From Micropepsaceae bacterium (GTDB taxonomy: Bacteria; Pseudomonadota; Alphaproteobacteria; Micropepsales; Micropepsaceae), in the NCBI GenBank assembly GCA_036840015.1, contig DAISVV010000001.1, positions 1 to 63,171 of the forward strand: a stretch of 63,171 nt of DNA, given 5' to 3'. Positions 43,202 through 52,160 of the stretch are shown here, in pieces (the stretch's first letter is position 1; every line of letters starts with the position of its first letter). The position numbers and the translations under genes were made by a program. The notes beneath the pieces were generated by a model, which saw only the letters and a program-made list of their open reading frames with translations, was not told the DNA's origin and did no database searches.

Positions 43202-43621
43202 AGAACTCGCTCACTCCCCACTCGTCGCCGGCGAAACAGCCAGAGCTCCGTTGCAGTCCCCACCAATTTCATCCGGAGCGGAAGAGGATTGACCGGGGCG
43301 CCTTCTGCCAGCTGCGGTCCATGGACCCGCTGACTCAAGTCGTCCCCTGTTCCCTCCCGACCCTCACCCGGAACAGCCGGTCATCCCTGCCGAACGCCGA
43401 ACCGGTGGCCGACGGACCGCGCAAGCGGACGCACCGGACCATTTTGTAATAGTGTAACACAGCGGTCAGGCTCGGCGAACTATTTGCTTGGTTCTTTGCC
43501 AATCCGGACCGGTGTGTGGGTCGTTTGCCTCAGTCTTGCTCCGAAATGCAATCATAGGTTGAATTAAGCATAACATGATGTGGATTAAGACGGTTCTAAC
43601 TTGCGTGTGACAGCATAAAGT

Positions 43622-43658
43622 TGACGCCGACGTCATTTTAAAATTGACGTCGGCGTCA
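43622..43658. promoter_or_regulatory. perfect 14-bp inverted repeat (candidate operator or hairpin) in the divergent spacer
   Basis: tgacgccgacgtca (43622-43635), ttttaaaat, tgacgtcggcgtca (43645-43658). Each arm is itself TGACG-N4-CGTCA. It sits about 50 bp upstream of the diiron gene ATG, in the AT-rich part of the spacer. Confidence 0.55.
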
Positions 43659-43706
43659 TAATTTGGTTCGATGTGCTTGCTCTCATAACGACGGGACCGG
43701 AAGACA

Positions 43707-44828
43707 ATGACGATCACCCAGATCACCAAAGACAATGCCTACGATGCGCTGGATCCGACCGATTTTCCGGCGATGATGAACGCGGATCGCTACAACGCGC
43801 GGTCGACGGCGTTCGACAAGATCATCTCGGCGACCCATGACCATTTCTGGGATCCGCTCGACAAGAAATATATCGACTACAGCGAGCCGTTTGACCTCGA
43901 AAACGTGTCCATCCTGCCTGACGAGTTCTTCCCGATCTTCCAGACGAAGCTCGGCGAGAAGATTTCCGGGCGTGACCGCGTGCGTTTCGCCAATGAATCG
44001 GCCCGCTGGATCCTGTCGTCAATCCTGCATGGCGAGCAGGGTGCGCTGTCGCTGTCGGCTTCGCTCTGCCACATCCTGAAGGATCCGGGCGCGCAGGAAT
44101 ACGCCGCCAACCAGGCGCGCGAGGAAGCGCGCCACGTGACGGGTTTTGCCCGCTACATCCAGGCACGCTGGGGCAAGCCGCTGCCGGTTGGCCCGACGCT
44201 CGGCAACCTGCTCACCGAACTCGTGCTTGCGCCGGAAGTCTACAAGAAGATCGTCGGCATGCAGATGCTGGTCGAGGGCTTGGCGATGGGCGCGTTCGCA
44301 ACGCTGTACACGCACTCGCGCGATCCGCTGCTTGTCCGCCTGACGCAGCTTGTGATGACGGACGAGGCGTTCCACCACAAGTTCGGCAAGATCTGGGCTG
44401 ACCGCACGATCCCCAAGCTTACGACGGAAGAGCAGAACATCGTCGAGGACTGGGCGGCAAGCTGCTTCCAGACGCTCCTCTTCAACCTGATCAATCCCGA
44501 GCAGATGAAGTCGGTCTATGCCATGATCGGCATCGAATGGCAGGATGCGCAGCAGGCCCTGATGGAAGCCATCACGGATGCCGAGCGCAAGGAGCGCATG
44601 AAGGAGTCCACGGACATCTTCCGCGTGCTGATCAAGACGCTGCTCAAGGCTGGGATCATCACCGACCGTACCAAGCCCTTCTATGCCATGTATGTGAACA
44701 TGGACGAGCTGAAGGCCGAGGGTGACCGCATGGTGGGTGACGACATTGCCGAGGAAGGCATCCGGTTCCTGCAGACGGTCAATTTTGCCGGCAAGGGCAC
44801 GCGTTCGCCGCTGCTTGCTGCCGAGTAG
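43707..44828 (+). CDS. ferritin-like four-helix-bundle diiron-carboxylate protein (desaturase/oxygenase-like), function unknown
   Basis: 373 aa. The ligand set is E110 (LHGEQGA), E140-x-x-H143 (REEARH), E190 (LVEGLA) and E220-x-x-H223 (TDEAFHH). The spacing of about 30/50/30 resembles soluble diiron oxidases. Confidence 0.7.
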   Translation: MTITQITKDNAYDALDPTDFPAMMNADRYNARSTAFDKIISATHDHFWDPLDKKYIDYSEPFDLENVSILPDEFFPIFQTKLGEKISGRDRVRFANESARWILSSILHGEQGALSLSASLCHILKDPGAQEYAANQAREEARHVTGFARYIQARWGKPLPVGPTLGNLLTELVLAPEVYKKIVGMQMLVEGLAMGAFATLYTHSRDPLLVRLTQLVMTDEAFHHKFGKIWADRTIPKLTTEEQNIVEDWAASCFQTLLFNLINPEQMKSVYAMIGIEWQDAQQALMEAITDAERKERMKESTDIFRVLIKTLLKAGIITDRTKPFYAMYVNMDELKAEGDRMVGDDIAEEGIRFLQTVNFAGKGTRSPLLAAE

Positions 44829-44854
44829 GCGAGGCCAAAAGCCAAACAAACACG

Positions 44855-44885
44855 GGGCGGCCTGCTTGCGCAGGTCGCCCTTTTT
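44855..44885 (+). terminator. rho-independent terminator of the diiron-protein gene
   Basis: gggcggcctgc-ttgc-gcaggtcgccc forms an 11-bp stem with 1 mismatch, followed by ttttt. Confidence 0.65.
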
Positions 44886-44919
44886 GCCGTTCAGGCGGGC
44901 GTTGGGCTATGTTGCGTGA

Positions 44920-45366
44920 ATGGCGGGAACCTATCGCTCCTATGGATCAAGCGCGGACGTCGCCCGTGGCGTGAGCCGCCTCATGCTCGACCTCGGGCAT
45001 GCGCCGCTGTGCGAGTTCGTGCTGGCAAGCGGGCGGCGCCTTGACGTGGCTGCCGTGTCTGCCGACGGCAGCCTGGTGGGCGTCGAGATCAAGGTGAGCG
45101 TCGAGGATCTCCGCGGGGACCGGAAGTGGCCCGAGTACCTGGACTATTGCGACCAGTATTTCTTTGCCGTGCCTGAGGGGTTCCCCGAGAGCCACCTTCC
45201 GGCCGAGCACGGGCTGATTGTTGCCGACCGGTTTGGCGCGGCGATCCTGAGGCCCTCACAGGCGCTGAAGGTGTCGGCGGCGCGGCGCAAGGCCACCCTG
45301 ATCCGGTTTGCCCGGTGCGCGGCCGAGCGTTTTGCGCGGCAAGGACTGCTGCCAGCCGAAACGTGA
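44920..45366 (+). CDS. mmcB: MmcB-family DNA repair protein (PD-(D/E)xK nuclease-like)
   Basis: 148 aa. RRLDVAAVSADGSLVGVEIKVSVEDLRGDRKWPEYLDYCDQYFFAVPEGF matches the Caulobacter MmcB family pattern as I recall it. Confidence 0.7.
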   Translation: MAGTYRSYGSSADVARGVSRLMLDLGHAPLCEFVLASGRRLDVAAVSADGSLVGVEIKVSVEDLRGDRKWPEYLDYCDQYFFAVPEGFPESHLPAEHGLIVADRFGAAILRPSQALKVSAARRKATLIRFARCAAERFARQGLLPAET

Positions 45367-45379
45367 GGGTCGGTTCGCC

Positions 45380-45931
45380 TTACTTGGGCGAGCGCTTTGC
45401 GAGGATGCGCTGGAGCGTGCGGCGGTGCATGGCGAGGCGCCGCGCGGTTTCGGAGACGTTCTGGCCACAGAGTTCGTAGACACGCTGGATGTGCTCCCAG
45501 CGGACGCGGTCGGCCGACATCGGGTTCTCCGGTGGCGCAGGCTTGGTCCGCGGCAGGGCGAGGAGGGCGGCAGCCACGTCATCGGCATCGGCCGGCTTGG
45601 ACAGGTAGTCGACAGCGCCATGCTTCACCGCCGCAACGGCGGTTGCGATGTTGCCGTAGCCGGTCAGCATGACCACGCGGGCGTCGGGGCGCGTCTGGTG
45701 GATGACCTCGACCACGTCGAGACCGTTGCCGTTCTGCCCGAGGCGCAGGTCCACCACGGCGAAGGCGGGCGGCGAGCGACGGGTTATGGCGATGGCTTCC
45801 TCGGCGGTTTCCGCCGCCGTGACCACGAAGCCGCGGGACTCCATCGCGCGGGCCAGTCGCTGGCGGAATGGCGCGTCGTCGTCAACGAGCAAGAGTGACT
45901 TGTCAGGCAGGCCCTCAGCGGAAAGTGCCAC
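45380..45931 (-). CDS. regA: redox response regulator, RegA/PrrA/ActR family
   Basis: 183 aa. Receiver domain (LLLVDDD...FAVVDLRL) and the near-invariant RegA HTH tail NVSETARRLAMHRRTLQRILAKRSPK. Confidence 0.92.
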   Translation of the reverse strand: MALSAEGLPDKSLLLVDDDAPFRQRLARAMESRGFVVTAAETAEEAIAITRRSPPAFAVVDLRLGQNGNGLDVVEVIHQTRPDARVVMLTGYGNIATAVAAVKHGAVDYLSKPADADDVAAALLALPRTKPAPPENPMSADRVRWEHIQRVYELCGQNVSETARRLAMHRRTLQRILAKRSPK

Positions 45932-46009
45932 TGGAAGATCCCTCCTCAGCGATTATCGATTGCGGTGAATATAAATCTGGCGGGGTCGATTTGCCAGCAC
46001 CGTATCGTG

Positions 46010-47407
46010 TCATTCTGCGCCGATACGGCCCCGGGTCTCAAGGCTTTCCCGCGGAATTGTTAACCGGATATGTGCGCCCGCCCCTGGCCGGTTACCAAAG
46101 GTCATCTGTGCGCCGATGCGTTCGAGCAAGGTCTTTGCGATGAAAAAGCCGAGGCCAAGACCTGCGTGGCCCTCAGCGTGGGTCGTGCTGTTCAGGTTCG
46201 ACGGGCGCGACGCCTCAGTTCCCGCGCGCGATGTCACGTAGGGCTCGCCGAGGCGACCGATGATCTCCGGGTCGAAGCCCGCGCCATCATCGGTGATGTC
46301 GATGCGGACCGTTCCGTCGTCCCAGCGCGCCTCGATGTCCACCTTCGTATTTGCGAAATCGACCGCGTTCTCGACCAGGTTTCCCAGCCCATGGATCACT
46401 TCCGGCGCGCGCGCGACGGACAAGATGCCCGTCGTCGATGCGGTGACATTGATGTCGATGCCAAATCCGCGGTGCGGCTCGGCGATTTCGTCGAGCAGGG
46501 CCATCAGCGGCAGATGCTTGGAGATGTTGTCCTCGTCCGTGTCCTGCTGGGAGAGCTGGGAGAGGATCTCGCGGCAGCGTTCGGCCTGGCTGCGCAGCAG
46601 GCGCACATCCTCGATCCACTTGGCTGACGGACCCATGTCCCTTTCGAGCTCGCGGGCGACCACGGCGATCGTGCCGAGCGGCGTGCCAAGCTCGTGGGCT
46701 GCAGCCGCGGCGAGTGCGCCGAGGTCCGACAGGCGCTGCTCGCGTGACAGCGCCGACTGGGTTGCGGCGAGGGCTGCCTGCATGCGGCGGGCCTCGTCGG
46801 CCGTGCGCCAGGCATAGATCACGCTGAAGCCGATACCGAGGCTGAGGGAAATCCAGTTTCCCGCCACGTAGAGTGAGGGCAGGAGCAGGGGCGCCTCAGG
46901 ATCCCAGGGCAGGGGCCAGTGGAAAATCGAGATGAAAGAGATACTGCCGAAGGCCAGCATTGCGAGGCAGAGCGTGGCGCCGAGCGGCAGGTTGCTGGCG
47001 GCGATGACCACAGGGGCGAGGTAGAGAATGGCGAAGGGGTTCTCGATGCCGCCCGTCAGGGCGAGCATGGCCGTGAGCTGGCAGATGTCGAAGGCGAGGT
47101 GCGCTGCCGCGTCGCGCTGGCTGAGGATGTGAACGCTCGGGTATAGCGCCATCAGGGCCGTGTTGAAGGTGATCGCCACGGCAATCACGGCGAGACACTG
47201 ACCGATCGGCATCTGGTACTTCAGGCCGAAAAAAACGATGAGTACGGCGACGATCTGGCCCACGATGCCGAGTGAGCGAATGAAGACCAGCGTCCGCAGG
47301 CGTATGCCCGAGCTTGCCGTGTTGCTGAAGGCGAGTTTCAGTTGCTGGGCGAGGGCCGACTCGTGGCGGGACTGAGTGCCCGCCGTTGCTGCCGGTGCCA
47401 TTTCCAT
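46010..47407 (-). CDS. regB: redox sensor histidine kinase, RegB/PrrB/ActS family
   Basis: 465 aa. Multi-TM N-terminus with the quinone-site heptapeptide GGIENPF, H-box AAAAAHELGTPLGTI, the redox-Cys region SQAERCREIL, and the ATPase G-box GLGLGFFIAKTLLE. Confidence 0.9.
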   Translation of the reverse strand: MEMAPAATAGTQSRHESALAQQLKLAFSNTASSGIRLRTLVFIRSLGIVGQIVAVLIVFFGLKYQMPIGQCLAVIAVAITFNTALMALYPSVHILSQRDAAAHLAFDICQLTAMLALTGGIENPFAILYLAPVVIAASNLPLGATLCLAMLAFGSISFISIFHWPLPWDPEAPLLLPSLYVAGNWISLSLGIGFSVIYAWRTADEARRMQAALAATQSALSREQRLSDLGALAAAAAHELGTPLGTIAVVARELERDMGPSAKWIEDVRLLRSQAERCREILSQLSQQDTDEDNISKHLPLMALLDEIAEPHRGFGIDINVTASTTGILSVARAPEVIHGLGNLVENAVDFANTKVDIEARWDDGTVRIDITDDGAGFDPEIIGRLGEPYVTSRAGTEASRPSNLNSTTHAEGHAGLGLGFFIAKTLLERIGAQMTFGNRPGAGAHIRLTIPRESLETRGRIGAE

Positions 47408-47415
47408 GCGCGGTT

Positions 47416-47985
47416 CTATTTCCTGCCTGCCTTCCTGAGAAGCTCAGCCGTGTCGGTCCAGCCTGCGCGCTCCGCGATCTCGAGTGCGGTCGTCCCGGTG
47501 GCGTCGGTTTCCTCGAGGTCAGCCCCGCGCGCTAGCAGGATCTTGATGACGGCATTCTGGCGGGTGCGCGCGGCCTTGATGAGTGCCGCCTCGCGCAGCG
47601 AACCGGGGGCATCTATGTCGGCGCCCTTGTCGAGGAGGTAGGTCACGATGTCGGCATTGCCGATCTCGGATGCGACGGTCAGGGCGGTCGCCTCGTCGCG
47701 TGCCCTGTCGTCGGGCCGGGCGCCGTTCTCGACGAGGAAGCGGACGATCTCGAGGCTTTCAGCCTGTACCGCCAGGATGATGACGGGCGTTCCGTCCATT
47801 GTCTTCTTCGTGACCGAGGCGCCGTTGATGAAGGCTGCCTTCGTGTCCTCAAGCGATCCCTTCCGCACGGCCTCGATCATCGGGTCGCCTGCAAAGAGGC
47901 CGCCGAAAGGGCTCTTGCTGTCGGCTGATGCCGTGCCTGTGGTCCACAGAAGCGTGACCAGCGCAAGCGCGAATACTGCCCGCAT
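47416..47985 (-). CDS. secreted ankyrin-repeat protein
   Basis: 189 aa from ATG 47985. Signal peptide MRAVFALALVTLLWTTGTASA. Several ANK repeats (TPVIILAVQAESLEIVRFLVENGARPD; TALTVASEIGNADIVTYLLDKGADID; TALEIAERAGWTDTAELL). It ends 8 nt before the regB start. Confidence 0.8.
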   Translation of the reverse strand: MRAVFALALVTLLWTTGTASADSKSPFGGLFAGDPMIEAVRKGSLEDTKAAFINGASVTKKTMDGTPVIILAVQAESLEIVRFLVENGARPDDRARDEATALTVASEIGNADIVTYLLDKGADIDAPGSLREAALIKAARTRQNAVIKILLARGADLEETDATGTTALEIAERAGWTDTAELLRKAGRK

Positions 47986-48167
47986 TGCTTTTGTCCTGTC
48001 TCCCGGTTTCCGGTCCTCGGCGCACATGGCCTGTGACCGGTCGTTATTTCTAGCAGCATTTTCCACAGCAATGAACCGGTGCCAAGGGGGTGTCCGGCGG
48101 CCCTGATTCAAGGGCCGTTAAGGCTGCAGGCCTAAAGCTGAGTTAAACAGCAGGTCAGCCACCGGGC

Positions 48168-50153
48168 ATGGGAAAGTCTCACAAGAAGAGCGGCAAGGGT
48201 CCGGCCGACCCGCGCGGTGGCGCGCGCCGGGGCCGCAAGGGGGAGGCTGCCTCCGAGCCATCGAAGGGCGGCCTGCTTGGCCGGATTGCCTATACGCTGA
48301 CCCTCGTCCTTGTCTGGGGGGCGGTCGGGCTTGCCGGACTGCTCGCGTTCATCGCCAAGGACCTGCCGTCCACCGAGGGACTGATCGGCGGCGCGAACAG
48401 CCAGACCGTCACCTTCATCGATGTCCACGGCAAGGTGATTGCCCGGCGCGGGCGGCTTTCGCAGTCATTCGTCACGGTCGACGACCTTCCCCCGCACGTG
48501 GTGCAGGCGGTGATCGCCAGCGAGGACCGCCGCTTCAGGTCGCATTTCGGCATCGACCTGCGCGGGCTGGTGCGGGCCTTCTGGGTGAACATGCAGCAAG
48601 GCCGGGTTGTGCAGGGCGGCTCGACCATTACGCAGCAGCTGGCCAAGAACCTCTTCCTGCGCCCTGACCGCACGATGTTCCGCAAGGTGCAGGAGGCGGT
48701 GCTTGCCCTTTACCTGGAGGCGTCGTTCTCGAAGGACGAGATCCTGTCGCTTTACCTCAACAAGGTCTATTTCGGTGCCGGGGCTGAAGGCATTGACGAG
48801 GCGGCGCGTCGCTACTTCAACAAGCCCGCGAGCCAGCTCAGCCTGGTCGAGGCGGCGATCCTTGCGGGCCTGCTGAAGGCGCCGTCGCGCTATTCGCCGG
48901 CCAACGGCAATGACCTTGCGCTGTCGCGTTCTCGCGTGGTGCTGCAGGCCATGCTCGAGACCGGCGCCATCTCGCAGGCCAACTTCAGCGAGGCGCTGCG
49001 TACGCGCCCCAAGTTTGCCCCGAACCTGTTTGGCAAGGGGAGCGTCTATTTCGTCGACTGGGTGCAATCTCAATTGCAGGACCTGATCGGCAGCACGGAC
49101 AAGAACATCGTCGTGGAGACCACGCTTGACCTGAACCTCCAGCGGCAAGCGGAAGAGGCCGTCATGGGCGTGCTGGCCGGACCCCGGCGCGAGGCCCTGC
49201 AGGTGGCGATGCTGGCGATGACACCGGATGGCGCGCTCCGGGCGATGATCGGCGGGCGCGAGAACGGGCAGGGGCTATTCAACCGTGCCACGCTGGCGCG
49301 GCGGCAACCCGGCTCTGCCTTCAAGCCCTTTGTCTACCTTGCTGCGCTTGAAGCCGGCGCCACGCCGGAGACGATCGTGATCGACCAGCCGGTACGCTAC
49401 AAGGACTGGAGCCCCGAGAACTTCACGCCGGGGCATGAAGGCGAAATGACGCTGTCGGATGCGCTCGCGAAATCGGTGAACACGGTCGCGGCGCAATTGT
49501 GCCTGCAGGAATCGCCGGAGGCGGTGGTTGCAGTAGCGCAGCGGCTTGGCATTGTATCCGACCTGCCGGCCTTTCCTTCGCTTGCACTGGGCGCGGCCGA
49601 GGTGACGCTGGCCGAGCTGGTCACGTCCTATGCGCCCTTTGCGAATGGCGGGGACGGTGCGATCATGCATGGTGTCCGGCGCATCCGCACGCAGGACGGC
49701 GAGGTGATCTATGCGCGGGCGGGATCGGGCATGGGGCGGGTCGTCGCGCCGCTGCATGTCGGGCAGATGAACCAGATGCTCATGCATGCCGTGCGCGACG
49801 GAACGGGAAGGCAGGCTGACCTCGGGGCGCGCCCTGCCGCGGGAAAGACCGGCACGACGCAAGATCACAAGGATGCCTGGTTCATCGGCTACACGCGCCA
49901 GCTCCTTGCGGGCGTCTGGATCGGCAATGATCGCGGGCCTGCCCACGGCATGCGCATCACGGGGGGAACCTTGCCAGCGCAGGCTTGGAAGGCCTTCATG
50001 CTGAAGGCCTCGGCGAACCAGCCGGTCATGCCGCTGCCGGGCCTCGAGGAGGTTGTTGCCGACGTTCCCTCGGGACCTGCGGCAACGTCGGCCTTCGACG
50101 AGTTGCTGGGGCAGATCCTGAAGGATAGCGAGGCCGAGGCGGGCCGCAACTGA
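48168..50153 (+). CDS. class A penicillin-binding protein (glycosyltransferase + transpeptidase)
   Basis: 661 aa. GT51 motifs EDRRFRSHFGID, GGSTITQQLAKN and RKVQEA. Transpeptidase motifs SAFKP (SxxK), SVN and KTGTT. Confidence 0.9.
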   Translation: MGKSHKKSGKGPADPRGGARRGRKGEAASEPSKGGLLGRIAYTLTLVLVWGAVGLAGLLAFIAKDLPSTEGLIGGANSQTVTFIDVHGKVIARRGRLSQSFVTVDDLPPHVVQAVIASEDRRFRSHFGIDLRGLVRAFWVNMQQGRVVQGGSTITQQLAKNLFLRPDRTMFRKVQEAVLALYLEASFSKDEILSLYLNKVYFGAGAEGIDEAARRYFNKPASQLSLVEAAILAGLLKAPSRYSPANGNDLALSRSRVVLQAMLETGAISQANFSEALRTRPKFAPNLFGKGSVYFVDWVQSQLQDLIGSTDKNIVVETTLDLNLQRQAEEAVMGVLAGPRREALQVAMLAMTPDGALRAMIGGRENGQGLFNRATLARRQPGSAFKPFVYLAALEAGATPETIVIDQPVRYKDWSPENFTPGHEGEMTLSDALAKSVNTVAAQLCLQESPEAVVAVAQRLGIVSDLPAFPSLALGAAEVTLAELVTSYAPFANGGDGAIMHGVRRIRTQDGEVIYARAGSGMGRVVAPLHVGQMNQMLMHAVRDGTGRQADLGARPAAGKTGTTQDHKDAWFIGYTRQLLAGVWIGNDRGPAHGMRITGGTLPAQAWKAFMLKASANQPVMPLPGLEEVVADVPSGPAATSAFDELLGQILKDSEAEAGRN

Positions 50154-50156
50154 GGT

Positions 50157-50888
50157 TCAGTCGGACGTCGCCGTATAGCGGTGAAGCTCGGCACCGTTGT
50201 CGCGCAGCCAGGCCTGGGCTGCCTCTGCTTCCTCCTTGCCGACGAGTTCGTCGACGAGGCGCCAGAAGCGCCGGCCATGGTTCATCTCGCGCAGGTGCGC
50301 CACTTCGTGCGCACAGACATAGTTCAGCACGAAGCCCGGCGCGAGGATCAGGCGCCATGACACCGAGATCGCGCCGCGGGTGGAACAGGATCCCCAGCGG
50401 CTTGCCGCGTCGCGAACGGTGATGCGCGAGGGGCTGGTGCCGAGCTGTTCGGCGAGGACTGCGATGCGACGGGTGATCTGCGCGCGCGCCTGCTTCTTCA
50501 GCCAGTCCTCCACGCGGCGGGGGATATGCTCCCAGAAGCCGGAAACGCGGATGAGCGGCTTGTCGGCCTCGAGGTCGATCCAAACGCCGCCGCGCTCGTC
50601 GGGGGTGGAGCGGATGATGTGCGGCACGCCGCGATAGGGGATGGTCTGACCGGCCCGCAGGTTGATGCGCTCGGGAACGCGCGAGAGGCGGTCGGCGATC
50701 CATTCGCCCTCCTGGCGGGCGAAGTCGAGCGCCTTGGGCAGGGAGCGGCTTGTCGGGGCGACGACGGCCACCTCGCCCGTCGAGGGGTGGACCTTGACGA
50801 TCAGCCGACGCGCACGCGGGTTCAGACGCACCTTTACCGGCACGGACTGGCCTGCGATCCTCAACGTCCTCTGCTGCGCCTTTGCCAC
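50157..50888 (-). CDS. YgjP/DUF45-type zinc metallohydrolase (M48-like)
   Basis: HEVAHLREMNHGRRFW near the C-terminus, and WGSCSTRGAISVSWRL. I set the start at GTG 50888 (243 aa). The longer ORF (to 51176) would overlap the divergent VOC gene, so the start is uncertain. Confidence 0.7.
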   Translation of the reverse strand: MAKAQQRTLRIAGQSVPVKVRLNPRARRLIVKVHPSTGEVAVVAPTSRSLPKALDFARQEGEWIADRLSRVPERINLRAGQTIPYRGVPHIIRSTPDERGGVWIDLEADKPLIRVSGFWEHIPRRVEDWLKKQARAQITRRIAVLAEQLGTSPSRITVRDAASRWGSCSTRGAISVSWRLILAPGFVLNYVCAHEVAHLREMNHGRRFWRLVDELVGKEEAEAAQAWLRDNGAELHRYTATSD

Positions 50889-50954
50889 CTCTTGCCTACC
50901 CCTGACGTTTGTCGTCCACTCGACCGCACCAATATTTCCGAACGCGGAGACGAC

Positions 50955-51377
50955 ATGAACGAGCGGCCCCGATTTCATCTCGCCTTTCCCGTCCATGACC
51001 TTGAAGCAGCGCGCAGGTTCTACGGCGACGTGCTTGGATGTCCGGAAGGGCGATCCTCGCCAGAGTGGGTCGATTTCGACTTCTTCGGGCACCAGATCGT
51101 TGCCCATTTGAGCGCTTCGGCGGGGGCGTGTGAAGGGGCAAACGAGGTTGATGGGGAGCAAGTGCCGGTGCGGCATTTCGGACTTATCGTAAGTCCTTCA
51201 AAATTCAGGGAAATCTCGGATTCCCTAAGGGCAAAAAAAGTGCGGTTCATCATTGAGCCGCAGGTTCGCTTCCAGGGTCAGGCGGGCGAACAATTCACCA
51301 TGTTTTTCCTCGACCCTTCCGGCAATGCGCTGGAGATCAAGGCGTTCGAAGATGAGCGTGCCATTTTTGCCAGGTAA
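50955..51377 (+). CDS. VOC-family (glyoxalase/bleomycin resistance/dioxygenase) protein
   Basis: 140 aa from ATG 50955, with a ggaga RBS. FHLAFPVHDLEAARRFYGDVLG, HFGLIV, FFLDPSGNALEIKAF. Confidence 0.8.
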   Translation: MNERPRFHLAFPVHDLEAARRFYGDVLGCPEGRSSPEWVDFDFFGHQIVAHLSASAGACEGANEVDGEQVPVRHFGLIVSPSKFREISDSLRAKKVRFIIEPQVRFQGQAGEQFTMFFLDPSGNALEIKAFEDERAIFAR

Positions 51378-51405
51378 GCGTTCCGGTGCCTGATCCGGTT
51401 AACTT

Positions 51406-52035
51406 TCAGGCGAGGGGTGCCCCGAGCAGGCCCTCGAGGTCTTTGATGGCGTCGTCGCCCGTCACCACCTTTATTGTCGTCATGCCCATCGCCCTGGCTG
51501 GTTTCAGGTTAATGCCGAGGTCGTCGAGATAGATCGCGCGGCCGGGTTCGACCTTCAGGTGATCGAGCATGAGGGCATAGATCCGCGGGTCGGGCTTGCG
51601 GATGCCGATCTTCGAGGACTCGATCACGTGACCGAACAGGGCGAACGCCTCGGTAACCCTTGCATCGCGTGTCGCATGGTCCGGGCCGTCGGTGCGCACG
51701 TTGTTCGTTATGCAGCCAGTCTTGTACCGGGCCGAGATGCGCCTGAGAGCTTCGAACATGCGTGGACGAACAGCACCCTGCAGGCATGACAACACGTCGC
51801 GGCCCGTGAGGTTCACGCCGAACGCTGCGGCTTCCGCGGAAAACCGGCGATCAAACTCGGTGGCGTCGATTTCCGACCGCTCGAACATCGCCCAGGCGTT
51901 GGTGTCCGGATTTGTCGCGTTGATTCGGCGCACGGTATCCGGCGAAATTCCGAGGCGTGTTTCCATGCGGTTAAATGCTTCGAACGGGCTCTCGGTGATC
52001 ACACCGCCAAAGTCGAATATCACGGCTTCAAACAT
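51406..52035 (-). CDS. HAD-IA family hydrolase
   Basis: 209 aa from ATG 52035. MFEAVIFDFGGVITESP (motif I), CITNN, YLDDLGINLKPA. Confidence 0.8.
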   Translation of the reverse strand: MFEAVIFDFGGVITESPFEAFNRMETRLGISPDTVRRINATNPDTNAWAMFERSEIDATEFDRRFSAEAAAFGVNLTGRDVLSCLQGAVRPRMFEALRRISARYKTGCITNNVRTDGPDHATRDARVTEAFALFGHVIESSKIGIRKPDPRIYALMLDHLKVEPGRAIYLDDLGINLKPARAMGMTTIKVVTGDDAIKDLEGLLGAPLA

Positions 52036-52160
52036 CGAAGTGTCCCCGCTGGCAACCTGCGTCCGGGCAAGTCCTGCTTGCTCATACAGTCCGCTTGTGA
52101 AAATTAGTAGCCGAATGTTCCTGATTTTCCTTTCCTGCACACGACCGAGGACCGCCCATC

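Noticed and set aside
43202-43440. Possible cobalamin riboswitch in the GC-rich leader of the RND-like gene (minus strand contains AGGGAA, GAGTCAGCGGGTCC, GGTCAATCC, GGGGACTGCAACGG)
   Set aside because: The pieces resemble fragments of the B12 element, but they occur in the wrong order relative to the consensus architecture, and I could not draw the P1-P6 helices. It needs an Rfam covariance scan before any claim.
43466-43735. 89-aa ORF on the minus strand in the AT-rich spacer, and the 91-aa and 65-aa plus-strand ORFs at 43058-43333
   Set aside because: None has an RBS or recognisable motifs. They overlap the starts of the real genes or the operator-like repeat. Their codon composition is unlike the neighbouring genes.
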